From assembly GCA_002297365.1 (NCBI GenBank), contig DBKT01000012.1, forward strand, positions 22,941-86,940: DNA of 64,000 bases, read 5' to 3'. Positions 54,294-62,883 of this stretch are shown here, in pieces. The notes under the pieces were generated by a model. It worked only from the letters and a program-made list of their open reading frames with translations, did not search any database and was not told the origin of the DNA. Each line of letters begins with the position of its first letter. Within the stretch, counting starts at the first letter, position 1. The position numbers and the translations under genes were made by a program. Source of the DNA: Bacillales bacterium UBA743 (lineage in GTDB: Bacteria > Bacillota_I > Bacilli_A > RFN20 > CAG-826).

Positions 54294-54925
54294 TACTTAA
54301 GTCCTCCTTCGAGGGTTTCGATGTCAGCCTTGCCAATGACAATGACATTGGCATTGAGAACATCGTAAACACTGATGTTATTGACGGCACGGAGCTCTAA
54401 ACGATCGATGTTTCTAGCGCTCTTGATGACATTCTCGTCTTGAGAGACGAGAAGGATCTTGCCAGAAGCTTTCACATTCGCTAAGTCAGCCTTGATGGCT
54501 TTCGTAGAGATTTTCTCAGCTTTGAGGTTATCAACGACAATGATGCCGCCTTTAACCTTTTGAGAGAGAACGGTCTTTAACGCGAGTGCGTGAGCTTTCT
54601 TATTTTGGGAAATCTTGTAATTTTGATTTCCATCAGGTCCGAAGACCTTTCCGCCGCCAACCCAGATTGGGGAACGGCTAGAACCTGCACGAGCACGGCC
54701 GGTTCCTTTTTGTCTCCAAGGCTTCTTGCCACCACCGCTTACTTCGTGACGCTTTTTGGTTTTGGCAGTTGCTTGGCGATAATTGGCTTCTTCTGCAACA
54801 GCGGCATCATGAACGACTTGTTCATTCTTCTCGGTGGTGCCGAAGACTTCATTAGCAAGTTCGATTTCACCGACTTTTTCGCCGGCAAGAGAAACGACTG
54901 GGAGAGTAATTGCTTTATTTGCCAT
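54293..54925 (-). CDS. rplD: 50S ribosomal protein L4
   Basis: ...VSGGGKKPWRQKGTGRARAGSSRSPIWVGGGKVFGP.... Confidence 0.97.
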   Translation of the reverse strand: MANKAITLPVVSLAGEKVGEIELANEVFGTTEKNEQVVHDAAVAEEANYRQATAKTKKRHEVSGGGKKPWRQKGTGRARAGSSRSPIWVGGGKVFGPDGNQNYKISQNKKAHALALKTVLSQKVKGGIIVVDNLKAEKISTKAIKADLANVKASGKILLVSQDENVIKSARNIDRLELRAVNNISVYDVLNANVIVIGKADIETLEGGLK

Positions 54926-54930
54926 AATCC

Positions 54931-55614
54931 TTATTCTCCTTTCTTAGAGCGATCCACTAATTCTTTGACTTCTGGTTTCTTGAATTGGGTTAAGATCGCG
55001 CTTCTGATCATAACGATCGATTTCTTTGGTCCAGGAACTCCGCCTTTGACAAGGATGTAGCCTTTTTCGGCGTTAGAAGCAATGACGGTGATGTTCTCGA
55101 TGGTTGCTTGATGTGGGCCCCAATGTCCAGACATCGTCTTGCCTGGGATAACACGGTTATTATCACGGCCGTTATTGGCAAGAGAGCCAATTTGTCTATG
55201 ATAGCCAGAACCATGCCCTTTTGGACCGATATGGTTGTGATATCTCTTGATGGTGCCGGTGTAACCATGTCCTTTGGTTGTACCGATGACATCTACCACT
55301 TCACCGGCTTGGAATAAATCAGCGGTGATTGTTTCGCCAACGTTCTTGGAATAGATTTCGTCGCCCTTTAATTCAAATAAATGAGCATGGGTTTCGACAT
55401 TGGCTTTTTTATAAATGCCAAGTTCGCATTTATTGAGATGACGCTCAGCAATTGGCTCATAACCGACTTGCAACGCTTCATAGCCGTCTTTCTCATTCGT
55501 CTTTTTCGCGACGACAACGTTTGGAAGAACCTCGATGACAGTGACTGGATACATCGTTCCGTCAGTGGCGAAGACTTCGGTCATTCCAATTTTTCTTCCG
55601 ATAATGGATTTCAT
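54931..55614 (-). CDS. rplC: 50S ribosomal protein L3
   Basis: MKSIIGRKIGMTEVFATDGTMYPVTVIEV...TKGHGYTGTIKRYH. Confidence 0.97.
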   Translation of the reverse strand: MKSIIGRKIGMTEVFATDGTMYPVTVIEVLPNVVVAKKTNEKDGYEALQVGYEPIAERHLNKCELGIYKKANVETHAHLFELKGDEIYSKNVGETITADLFQAGEVVDVIGTTKGHGYTGTIKRYHNHIGPKGHGSGYHRQIGSLANNGRDNNRVIPGKTMSGHWGPHQATIENITVIASNAEKGYILVKGGVPGPKKSIVMIRSAILTQFKKPEVKELVDRSKKGE

Positions 55615-55628
55615 GAATGTTTACCTCC

Positions 55629-55943
55629 TTACTTCGCAGTGACATCGATATCGACACCATTTGGTAAGTCAAGCTTACGGATGGCTTCGACGGTTTCTTT
55701 TGTAGGATTGACGATATCAATCAATCTCTTATGGGTACGGATCTCGAATTGTTCGCGGCTATCCTTATATTTGAAGGTAGCTCTTAAGATCGTGTACACC
55801 TGCTTCTCGGTTGGGAGAGGCACTGGGCCAATAACTTTGGCGCCGGTCTTGTTAGCGACTTCAACAATCTTTTCGGCAGCAACGTCGATGATCTTGTGGT
55901 CGTAAGCCTGCAATCTGATACGCAGGACTTGTTGTTTCGCCAT
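55629..55943 (-). CDS. rpsJ: 30S ribosomal protein S10
   Basis: [47 protein letters not shown]...RTHKRLIDI. Confidence 0.98.
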   Translation of the reverse strand: MAKQQVLRIRLQAYDHKIIDVAAEKIVEVANKTGAKVIGPVPLPTEKQVYTILRATFKYKDSREQFEIRTHKRLIDIVNPTKETVEAIRKLDLPNGVDIDVTAK

Positions 55944-56073
55944 GATTTTTCCTCCTTATTTCGTCAGGCTTGCTAGCTATGCTCTGCACGAGTTCCCTGA
56001 CTAAGCCGATACTTGACAACGTCTATCGGTGTGTCAGCAACATCGTACTTCCACGCTTGCGCCAGCGTTTGAA

Positions 56074-56102
56074 ATTATCCCCCTACGTGCGTGTGTAGTC
56101 AA
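56074..56102 (-). promoter_or_regulatory. Candidate sigma-70 promoter of the S10 operon, followed by a structured leader of about 125 nt
   Basis: On the minus strand, TTGACT (56097-56102), a 17-nt spacer and GATAAT (56074-56079). Leader hairpins are ACGCT...AGCGT, CCGATA...TATCGG and GTCAGG...CCTGAC. Confidence 0.5.
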
Positions 56103-56203
56103 CAATAATTTGAAGTTAAAATGTCGGTGATATCTTGTCTTTATCATAAAAAGCGCTTTTTATCGAAACTTTTCCGAAAGAAGGCTATTTTATTCCCAAA
56201 AAA

Positions 56204-56222
56204 TTTGTGCATGGTGCACAAA
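56204..56222. promoter_or_regulatory. Perfect palindrome TTTGTGCA-TGG-TGCACAAA (copy 2), about 100 nt upstream of the S10 -35
   Basis: Exact 8+3+8 inverted repeat with the same TTGTGCA/TGCACAA arms as 32263-32279. On the minus strand it is followed by TTTTTT, which is terminator-like. Confidence 0.6.
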
Positions 56223-56619
56223 AATGAGGATGATTAATCTTCTGATTTTCAATGTTTGTTACCCAAAAAAGCGGTTTATAGATCAATAATCAGGAAGAAG
56301 AGGCAGGCATCGAAGCCTGTCCCCTTTACGTATAATGGTCAAAAGATAATGCCTAAAATGGAGGCATCGCAAAACACCATCTATGAAGTGGGCGATTTCC
56401 TAAAGAAGGGCCGCAATTATTAATATAAGGAAAAGAGGATTTGGTTTGCCTATCGAATTTATCTTGTTTAGAAAAGGATCGTTTCCATCGAATTCACTTT
56501 GCGGCAATCTCCGAGAAATATCGGGCTCCCCATCTTCAATGAAGAGCGCTTGTTTTTTATTCTAAGAAGCCTTTCCTTTGAAATGCAGAAAACTTTGGCT
56601 TTTTTGTATCTTGAATTCA

Positions 56620-58521
56620 TCAATCGTTGGTTGGAACAAAAGCGTTCTCGGAACCATCATTTGCGCTGATGGATAGGCCTAAAGGCTCCCCTTCTTTTTC
56701 TAAGAACTTGACAATACGGCCGCTTTCGAAGACTTTGAATTCGCCATCGAAATCAGAGAAAGTGAGAACGGCTCCTTCTAGGCTCCACTTGCAAGTATCG
56801 TCGCTTGTCGAAGTATTGCCATTATCCGTTTGTTCCATATGCCTTAAGCAAGTGCCATCTTCTTGGAAAGTGAGGGTTTGCACGGTATTGAAAGCGTTCT
56901 TGTAATAGAACTTGTTTCCCGTAAGGAAAGATTTGTAATCCATCGTGTCGCTCAAAGTATAAAAACGTTTGACAACAGAAATTTCCGGTGTTCCTACAGA
57001 AGTCAAAGTAATGCTGAATTCCCCTTCTTTCTTAGGCTTAATGGTGATTGTGGAGTCGGCATTCACTTGCACTTCCGCTTTTTCGGCATCGCTTATTGAC
57101 GCAGTTATCGCTTGGGGAGCCTCTTTTGGAGAAACGCTGTATCCCCAAGAATATGTTTTCCCTATCTCCAATCCGTACTGAAGATTGATATCTCCCTTGG
57201 CGCGGAAGGAAATAGATTCGGCCTTGGCAGAGATGATTGTGACGTTATTCACGGTAAAGGAGGAAAGGTAATACGCCCCGGTACTAGGCCTCTTGCGGTA
57301 GAAGGAAAAAGTTAGATTGGTAACGCCAACCCCTTTGACGACAAAGTTATCATCCTCGATTGCGACCGCCTCTTCATTGGAGCTCTTGGATGCCGTGAGG
57401 GCTGTATTCATAGATTTCAAAGGTTTGCGGCTATCCGCATAGCCAAAAATTGTGGAGCAATTGGTCGGAACGGTTAAATCGTCTCCAACCGTGATTGTTT
57501 TAAAGCCAGAAACGGCTTCTAGGCGAGCAGAAAGAACATCTGTAAGAAAATAGTTATCGATATTGAGAACATCTTTCCCCATTTCGGTGGCTTTATCGCC
57601 ATAAACGATTTCGCCAGATTCTTCGTAAAGAGAATAAGCGGGATCGTCCCCTTCCCTTTCGTAAGTGGTTTTGTTTAAGGCGTCGAAGGAAAGCAAACGG
57701 GATTTGTCTTGGGAAAGAACGTATTGCAGTTTGGTAAGGTAGGTTGTGACGATACCATCGTCGCTCGAGGAATATTGGAATTGAATGAGATACTCCCACT
57801 CCCCTGTTTCTTTTTGAGTTGGCTTTACCTTATTTAAACCTGTTTGTATAGCATAATCGCTGCCCATGATATCCGAAGCAAGGAAATTCGCCACTTTGGA
57901 TGTCAAATTAGCGGCAGCATTGGCCTCAAAATCTTTGGCAAGGATGTATTCTCCATCGCTTAAATTGCCGACATCATCGCTAGAATTGATGATGAATTTC
58001 TTCGTTGCAGAATCTTTATAATCACTCGATATTCCAATGTCTTTGTCAAAATCTTTCACCTCCACGAACATACGATAATTGTCGATTTCGTCACCGTTTT
58101 CGTATTTATCCACGGTTGAAGTCGCGATGGTTTTGAAAGTGTCCGTTTCATCTTCTTTCCCTTCGACGGAACGGGTATAGCTTCCTTCTGAGGTGGTTGA
58201 TCCATCTTCATAGTTCGTATAGGTTTGATCGATGTTGTTTTTCACGGTCGCGGAGGAAGATTCGTTATGATAGACGACGCGTTTCGCATTATTGAGTTCT
58301 TCTTTTTGAGCTTTGGCAATCTCATTGTATGCATCTTCTAAAGAAAGGCTTCCATCATTGACTAACGATGAGGATGAAGAGTCTTCACTTTCATCGAAGG
58401 AACTTTCTTCGCTGGACAATTCGGCTTGGGAGGAAAACGCCGGCGAAGAATCGGAATCGTTCTTGCAGCCAATTAACATGGCAACGGACAATAACATTGT
58501 TGCAAACTGTATTTTTTTCAT
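56620..58521 (-). CDS. Surface lipoprotein with Ig-like (Big_2-like) repeats
   Basis: Signal peptide with lipobox LIGC and a Ser/Glu-rich linker. Ig-like segments: SSNEEAVAIEDDNFVVKGVGVTNLTFSF and ASISDAEKAEVQVNADSTITIKPKKEGEFSITLTSVG. Confidence 0.7.
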   Translation of the reverse strand: MKKIQFATMLLSVAMLIGCKNDSDSSPAFSSQAELSSEESSFDESEDSSSSSLVNDGSLSLEDAYNEIAKAQKEELNNAKRVVYHNESSSATVKNNIDQTYTNYEDGSTTSEGSYTRSVEGKEDETDTFKTIATSTVDKYENGDEIDNYRMFVEVKDFDKDIGISSDYKDSATKKFIINSSDDVGNLSDGEYILAKDFEANAAANLTSKVANFLASDIMGSDYAIQTGLNKVKPTQKETGEWEYLIQFQYSSSDDGIVTTYLTKLQYVLSQDKSRLLSFDALNKTTYEREGDDPAYSLYEESGEIVYGDKATEMGKDVLNIDNYFLTDVLSARLEAVSGFKTITVGDDLTVPTNCSTIFGYADSRKPLKSMNTALTASKSSNEEAVAIEDDNFVVKGVGVTNLTFSFYRKRPSTGAYYLSSFTVNNVTIISAKAESISFRAKGDINLQYGLEIGKTYSWGYSVSPKEAPQAITASISDAEKAEVQVNADSTITIKPKKEGEFSITLTSVGTPEISVVKRFYTLSDTMDYKSFLTGNKFYYKNAFNTVQTLTFQEDGTCLRHMEQTDNGNTSTSDDTCKWSLEGAVLTFSDFDGEFKVFESGRIVKFLEKEGEPLGLSISANDGSENAFVPTND

Positions 58522-58616
58522 ACCTTTCTTAAAATCTCCTGATCATATTTACGAATTCTAACATAAAATCAAATAATAAGTGCTTTTTTCTTTTTTGCCA
58601 CTATAATAGGCGCATT

Positions 58617-59423
58617 ATGAAACGTGATTTTATTTTTCTATTGACGTTAATTTCTCTTCTTCCCTCTTGTGGCAGCGGAAGGGAAGAAACAAGCTCAACC
58701 TCACAAGAAGGGCTTCTTACAAGCGAAGCTTCCTCAAAAGAAGATTCCACCTCTTCTAAAGAAGAGCTTCACATCCCTGTTGAAATGGTTGGGACATGGT
58801 ATATTACCTCCTCTCAAATGGGCGTTCTCCCTGTGAATGGCATCTTTGAAATCTCAGGCGATGACACTTTGCTAATCGGAGAAAGGACTCTGTCTCTAAA
58901 CGGAAATTATGCAGGATATGAAGAGGCCTATGAGTTTGTATATAAGTCCATCCATTTCATTGTTTCTTATGACGCCGAGAAGAACGGCATAGACTGGGGT
59001 TACCAAAATGGAGAGAATCAAGACTTTGGCTTCGCCGAAAGTGAACCGTTGAGCAACAGCTACGACTACGAAGGCGAAGAATATCCGATGAATCAGATTA
59101 AAGAATACTTGAGCACGACGCTAGATGTTCCGGCAATGGCTGCCTCTTCTTATAAATTAAAGCTCTATGAAAGTTCTTTATATAGCGCCAAATGTGCAGC
59201 ATTAGAAATATCCACGACAACATTAGAAGATACCATCGGATATGTGGCCGCTCTTGTAAATGAAGGGTATACCTTCTCTAAAAACGGGGAGGAAATCAAA
59301 GATGATGTCTTTACGGCTGGATACGATGCAAACAAAGTCTATTCTCTCCGTATCATCTATTTCCCTGATGAAAAAGAAACTAACGTATTCTTCTACAATT
59401 ACAACGCAAAAATTGTTTCTTAA
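58617..59423 (+). CDS. Lipoprotein, unknown function
   Basis: MKRDFIFLLTLISLLPSCGSGREETSSTSQE.... Lipobox LLPSC and a Ser/Glu/Thr-rich linker. Confidence 0.7.
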   Translation: MKRDFIFLLTLISLLPSCGSGREETSSTSQEGLLTSEASSKEDSTSSKEELHIPVEMVGTWYITSSQMGVLPVNGIFEISGDDTLLIGERTLSLNGNYAGYEEAYEFVYKSIHFIVSYDAEKNGIDWGYQNGENQDFGFAESEPLSNSYDYEGEEYPMNQIKEYLSTTLDVPAMAASSYKLKLYESSLYSAKCAALEISTTTLEDTIGYVAALVNEGYTFSKNGEEIKDDVFTAGYDANKVYSLRIIYFPDEKETNVFFYNYNAKIVS

Positions 59424-59432
59424 GGAGGTTTT

Positions 59433-60266
59433 ATGAAAAGAAAGCTCATTTTATTCGTTGCCTTATTGCCTTTTCTCTTTTCTTGCGAAAGGGAAGAAAG
59501 GAATGCCTCTAGCGAACTTTCTTCTTCTATAGAAAGCCTGATTTCTTCGGAAGAAACAAATACGGATAAGGCTCTTTTAACAAAACTAGGGAACAAGCTT
59601 CTCTCTTTGCAAGGAAATGTTCAAAAAACCAAGACAGAGCAAAAAAGGTTGTTTTCTTATCCTTCAGACGCCACTTTTGACATGTATGTCGAAAACGTCT
59701 TTGAAACAACGCGCTATAAACGAAATTCCACTTATCTAGTCGAAACAAAGGGCACCGAACAAATCGAAAACGAATCGGCGATCCCCTATACGACTCAAAT
59801 CTACGACAACGGCAAAAAGTTCTACCAAATCACCCTTTATGAAGACGAAGACAATACGAAGAAGACCAGCAATTCCAAATTTGATGAAAATTCGGTGGAA
59901 TCCACTTATTGCATAGGCCCCGCCTATACCGAGATCGCAAATTTTAATTACATGCTAGAGCATGTTGGCGATCTGGTTTCTTATCAGTTCTATAACATAG
60001 AAGGAATAGAAGAAGACGATAAGCTGTCTTATTCCTATTCTCTTTCTATCTATACAGAAAGCGAAGGCCAAAAGATTCTTTCGCAGCAAATCTCTTATGA
60101 AAATATTTTCACGATAAAGAATGATTTAATCACTCATTTGTCGCAAAAATATGAAAATAAATCTATTATTTCGAACGTTTCAAACGTCTTAACCGTCAAT
60201 CTGGAAATGGATTACATCCAAGGAGAATATACGGATTTTACTGGTACTTTACTTACAATTATTTAA
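59433..60266 (+). CDS. Lipoprotein, unknown function
   Basis: MKRKLILFVALLPFLFSCEREERNASSELSSS.... AGGAGG lies 4 nt upstream of the ATG, and the gene starts 10 nt after the preceding gene. Confidence 0.7.
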   Translation: MKRKLILFVALLPFLFSCEREERNASSELSSSIESLISSEETNTDKALLTKLGNKLLSLQGNVQKTKTEQKRLFSYPSDATFDMYVENVFETTRYKRNSTYLVETKGTEQIENESAIPYTTQIYDNGKKFYQITLYEDEDNTKKTSNSKFDENSVESTYCIGPAYTEIANFNYMLEHVGDLVSYQFYNIEGIEEDDKLSYSYSLSIYTESEGQKILSQQISYENIFTIKNDLITHLSQKYENKSIISNVSNVLTVNLEMDYIQGEYTDFTGTLLTII

Positions 60267-60293
60267 GTTTTTAGTTAATTTTACATTTTTTTA

Positions 60294-60321
60294 TTGACAA
60301 TTTTTCGCTTTCCATTAATTT
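60294..60321 (+). promoter_or_regulatory. Candidate promoter of the 611-aa lipoprotein gene
   Basis: TTGACA (60294-60299), a 16-nt spacer and TAATTT (60316-60321). Confidence 0.4.
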
Positions 60322-60354
60322 TGTTGCATTAAGAAGGAAAACCAAGGAGAAATT

Positions 60355-62190
60355 ATGAAAAAATCCAAATTAACAATGCTGGGGGTAATGAGCGTATCTG
60401 CCTTATTAGTCCTTGCTGGCTGTAAAGCTGATCCTGCGACGAGCGCGGAATCAAGCACGTCAACCAGCGTAATTCATGTCCATACTGCCGATACGGAATG
60501 GCACCACGATGAAAATAATCATTGGCATCTATGCACCGTATGCGGAGAAAAAATGGATATTGCAGCTCATTCCTTCGAAGAGACTGTTGTTGCTCCAACT
60601 GATGATACACAAGGCTATACGAAACATGTTTGCGCTTGCGGATACACTTACACAGACAATTATACAGATAAGCAATACGCAATCGCTTTTGATGGCGGGG
60701 ATTTTGGATTTGCTATCGGTCTTCCAACCAAGGCGAAAAAAGGAGAGACCATTTCTTTTAAAGTGACCGTGGAATCTGGTTATGAAGCCTCTTCCGTTGT
60801 TGCTAGCGCTGGAGAAGCGACTCTCGAACTCGCCGGTTCCTTAAAAGAAGGCTTCAGCTTCACAATGCCTGCAGACGATGTTGCTATCAAAGTAGAGACC
60901 CGTGGCGCTTATTTTGAATTAGCCCCCGTTGATAAAGACGCGGTTGTCGTTAAGCCCGAATGCCAATATGCGACCTCAAAAAAGGTCAGTGATTTCATCG
61001 GTGGTTTCGTCGTTGACGGAAAAATTTATACCGGCGCTTCTTTATATGCGAGAGCCGGATCTAAGGTAAATATCCTTTGGAACTACGTCGCTATCGCCGA
61101 TAACGTTTCATTCACGGCGGATGGCGTCGCTCTTGAAGAGGAGGATCTCAAATACGTTGTGACCACCGGCGAAGGAGAAGAAGCAAAAGCAGAAGAACAC
61201 ATCTATAAAAGCTTTGCTTTCACAATGCCAAATCACGCTGTTGTTTTAGGCGTTACGGCAGAAGAAAGAACCTTCCAAATCGAAGTTGAGGCCCCTGACT
61301 ATGTTACAACCTTGCTTTACACGAAGGATGAAGATGGGAACAAGACGGAAGTCACCGGCATCCATGGCGGAATGGGCCCAGTTTATCTTGATGTTGCTTT
61401 TGATGGCGAGCACCAAAATGGAAATTACCTTATCGACGGGGTTTCTTATGAATATCAAACGGCAACCGGCTACGAAATCAATCCGCAAAAGCTAACCGGA
61501 TCTGTGTTTAAAAACGGAGGCGAAGCCTATTCCTACGCAATTAACACTTACACTAGCTACTATGGTTCTATTAAACTCGTTGTCAGTGTCTTAGAAGCCA
61601 AATACACAAACGCAAGCTGGGTTGGTGTATACGGAGGAAGCGAATTCTTTGGAGGAAGCGGGGGAACAAGCGACTCCACCATCACCGCAAACGCTTTCGG
61701 AAAGATTACCAGTACCAATAATAAATATAACGTTGTTTCCGTGAATGAAACGGCCGGAAAGATTGGTGTTAGCACCACTGCTAATGCGACTGAACCAAGT
61801 ACCTATGCTTTCTATGACGCTGACGTCATGATGGTGAATTATTATGAAAGATTGAACGACTTTACCGATATGTACGTTGGAATCCGAAACAAAGAAAACA
61901 GCGATATCACATGGGAAAAGTCGGAAAAGGGCAGCATGTATGATTCAGGAGCAATCTATGTTGTCGCAAAAGACAAAACGAGCGGAAATGAATTAGGCAA
62001 CTTCTTAAAAGCGGGCAAGGATCTCTATTTGAATGTCACCGTCACCTATGATGAAGGCTACACCGCCGTTAACTCCTCTTCTAATTTCTCTGTCTATAAA
62101 GATGGAAAATTATTGAAACATTACGAATACGCAAATGGTTCCTCTTCTTCATCAAGCGATGATGGCGGATGGGGTGACTATTACAATTAA
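60355..62190 (+). CDS. Large lipoprotein with an N-terminal His/Cys-rich module
   Basis: Lipobox LAGC, then HVHTADTEWHHDENNHWHLCTVCGEKMDIAAHSFEE...GYTKHVCACGYTY, then a beta-rich remainder and a C-terminal SSSSSSDDGGWGDYYN. Confidence 0.7.
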   Translation: MKKSKLTMLGVMSVSALLVLAGCKADPATSAESSTSTSVIHVHTADTEWHHDENNHWHLCTVCGEKMDIAAHSFEETVVAPTDDTQGYTKHVCACGYTYTDNYTDKQYAIAFDGGDFGFAIGLPTKAKKGETISFKVTVESGYEASSVVASAGEATLELAGSLKEGFSFTMPADDVAIKVETRGAYFELAPVDKDAVVVKPECQYATSKKVSDFIGGFVVDGKIYTGASLYARAGSKVNILWNYVAIADNVSFTADGVALEEEDLKYVVTTGEGEEAKAEEHIYKSFAFTMPNHAVVLGVTAEERTFQIEVEAPDYVTTLLYTKDEDGNKTEVTGIHGGMGPVYLDVAFDGEHQNGNYLIDGVSYEYQTATGYEINPQKLTGSVFKNGGEAYSYAINTYTSYYGSIKLVVSVLEAKYTNASWVGVYGGSEFFGGSGGTSDSTITANAFGKITSTNNKYNVVSVNETAGKIGVSTTANATEPSTYAFYDADVMMVNYYERLNDFTDMYVGIRNKENSDITWEKSEKGSMYDSGAIYVVAKDKTSGNELGNFLKAGKDLYLNVTVTYDEGYTAVNSSSNFSVYKDGKLLKHYEYANGSSSSSSDDGGWGDYYN

Positions 62191-62198
62191 TCCTGAAA

Positions 62199-62234
62199 GC
62201 AAAAAAGCAAGCTCCTAGGCTTGCTTTTTTCTTT
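62199..62234. terminator. Bidirectional terminator between the convergent lipoprotein gene and queH
   Basis: Stem AGCAAGC/GCTTGCT (62206-62212/62219-62225), flanked by AAAAAA and TTTTTT. Confidence 0.7.
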
Positions 62235-62244
62235 TACACTAGAA

Positions 62245-62871
62245 TTATTTCCTGAAACTGTATTCGCATCCGCAATAATTCTGACAATAGAGGCCGATTT
62301 CCCTTCTTAGCGCAACACCTTGATCGATTCCGCCGTTCTTTTTGAAGTCGGAGAAAAGATATTTCGTGTGATAATGGCTGGATAGCTCTTCCCCAATGCG
62401 ATTCATGATTTCTGATGATTTTTGACGAGAGATGGTCATTACTGTGGTGATGTAGTCAAAATGATGGGCGTCCGCGTATTGGAAGGTTTCTTCCATTCTT
62501 TTGCGGTAACAAAGAAAACAACGGTGCCCTCCTTCAGGAAGGGAAGAAAAAGGACGTAGATCTTTCATATATTCTTCATGGTTATAAGGGCTGATGATAA
62601 GTTTTACGTCATACCCCCAGGTATCTTTTAGATATTGGATGAGTTTCTTCACTTCCCCTAAACGCTTATCAAACTCAGTTTCAGGATAGATATTGGAGTT
62701 GGTGTAATAGATGGTTACATCAAAATGTTTGCAAAGAAAAAGCAAAGGGAAACAGGCGCAAGGACCGCAGCAATCATGAAGAAGGATGGTTGGCTTTTTA
62801 TCTCCGTTTATCTTTTTGATTTCTTCTAGGCTTTCAAGATAATAATTATGTTGAACTAAATGAGATTTCAT
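62245..62871 (-). CDS. queH: Epoxyqueuosine reductase QueH (DUF208)
   Basis: LLHDCCGPCACFPL, GHRCFLCYRKRMEE, and C-terminal YCQNYCGCEYS. These are the characteristic QueH cysteine clusters. Confidence 0.85.
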   Translation of the reverse strand: MKSHLVQHNYYLESLEEIKKINGDKKPTILLHDCCGPCACFPLLFLCKHFDVTIYYTNSNIYPETEFDKRLGEVKKLIQYLKDTWGYDVKLIISPYNHEEYMKDLRPFSSLPEGGHRCFLCYRKRMEETFQYADAHHFDYITTVMTISRQKSSEIMNRIGEELSSHYHTKYLFSDFKKNGGIDQGVALRREIGLYCQNYCGCEYSFRK

Positions 62872-62883
62872 CTAAGTATTATA

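Noticed and set aside
56446-56620. Two mutually antisense micro-ORFs: 39 codons on the plus strand (56446-56565) and 50 codons on the minus strand (56468-56620, ATG overlapping the lipoprotein stop).
   Set aside because: Neither has a recognisable motif. They exclude each other, and only the plus-strand one has an SD. They are kept as part of the spacer finding but not called as genes.
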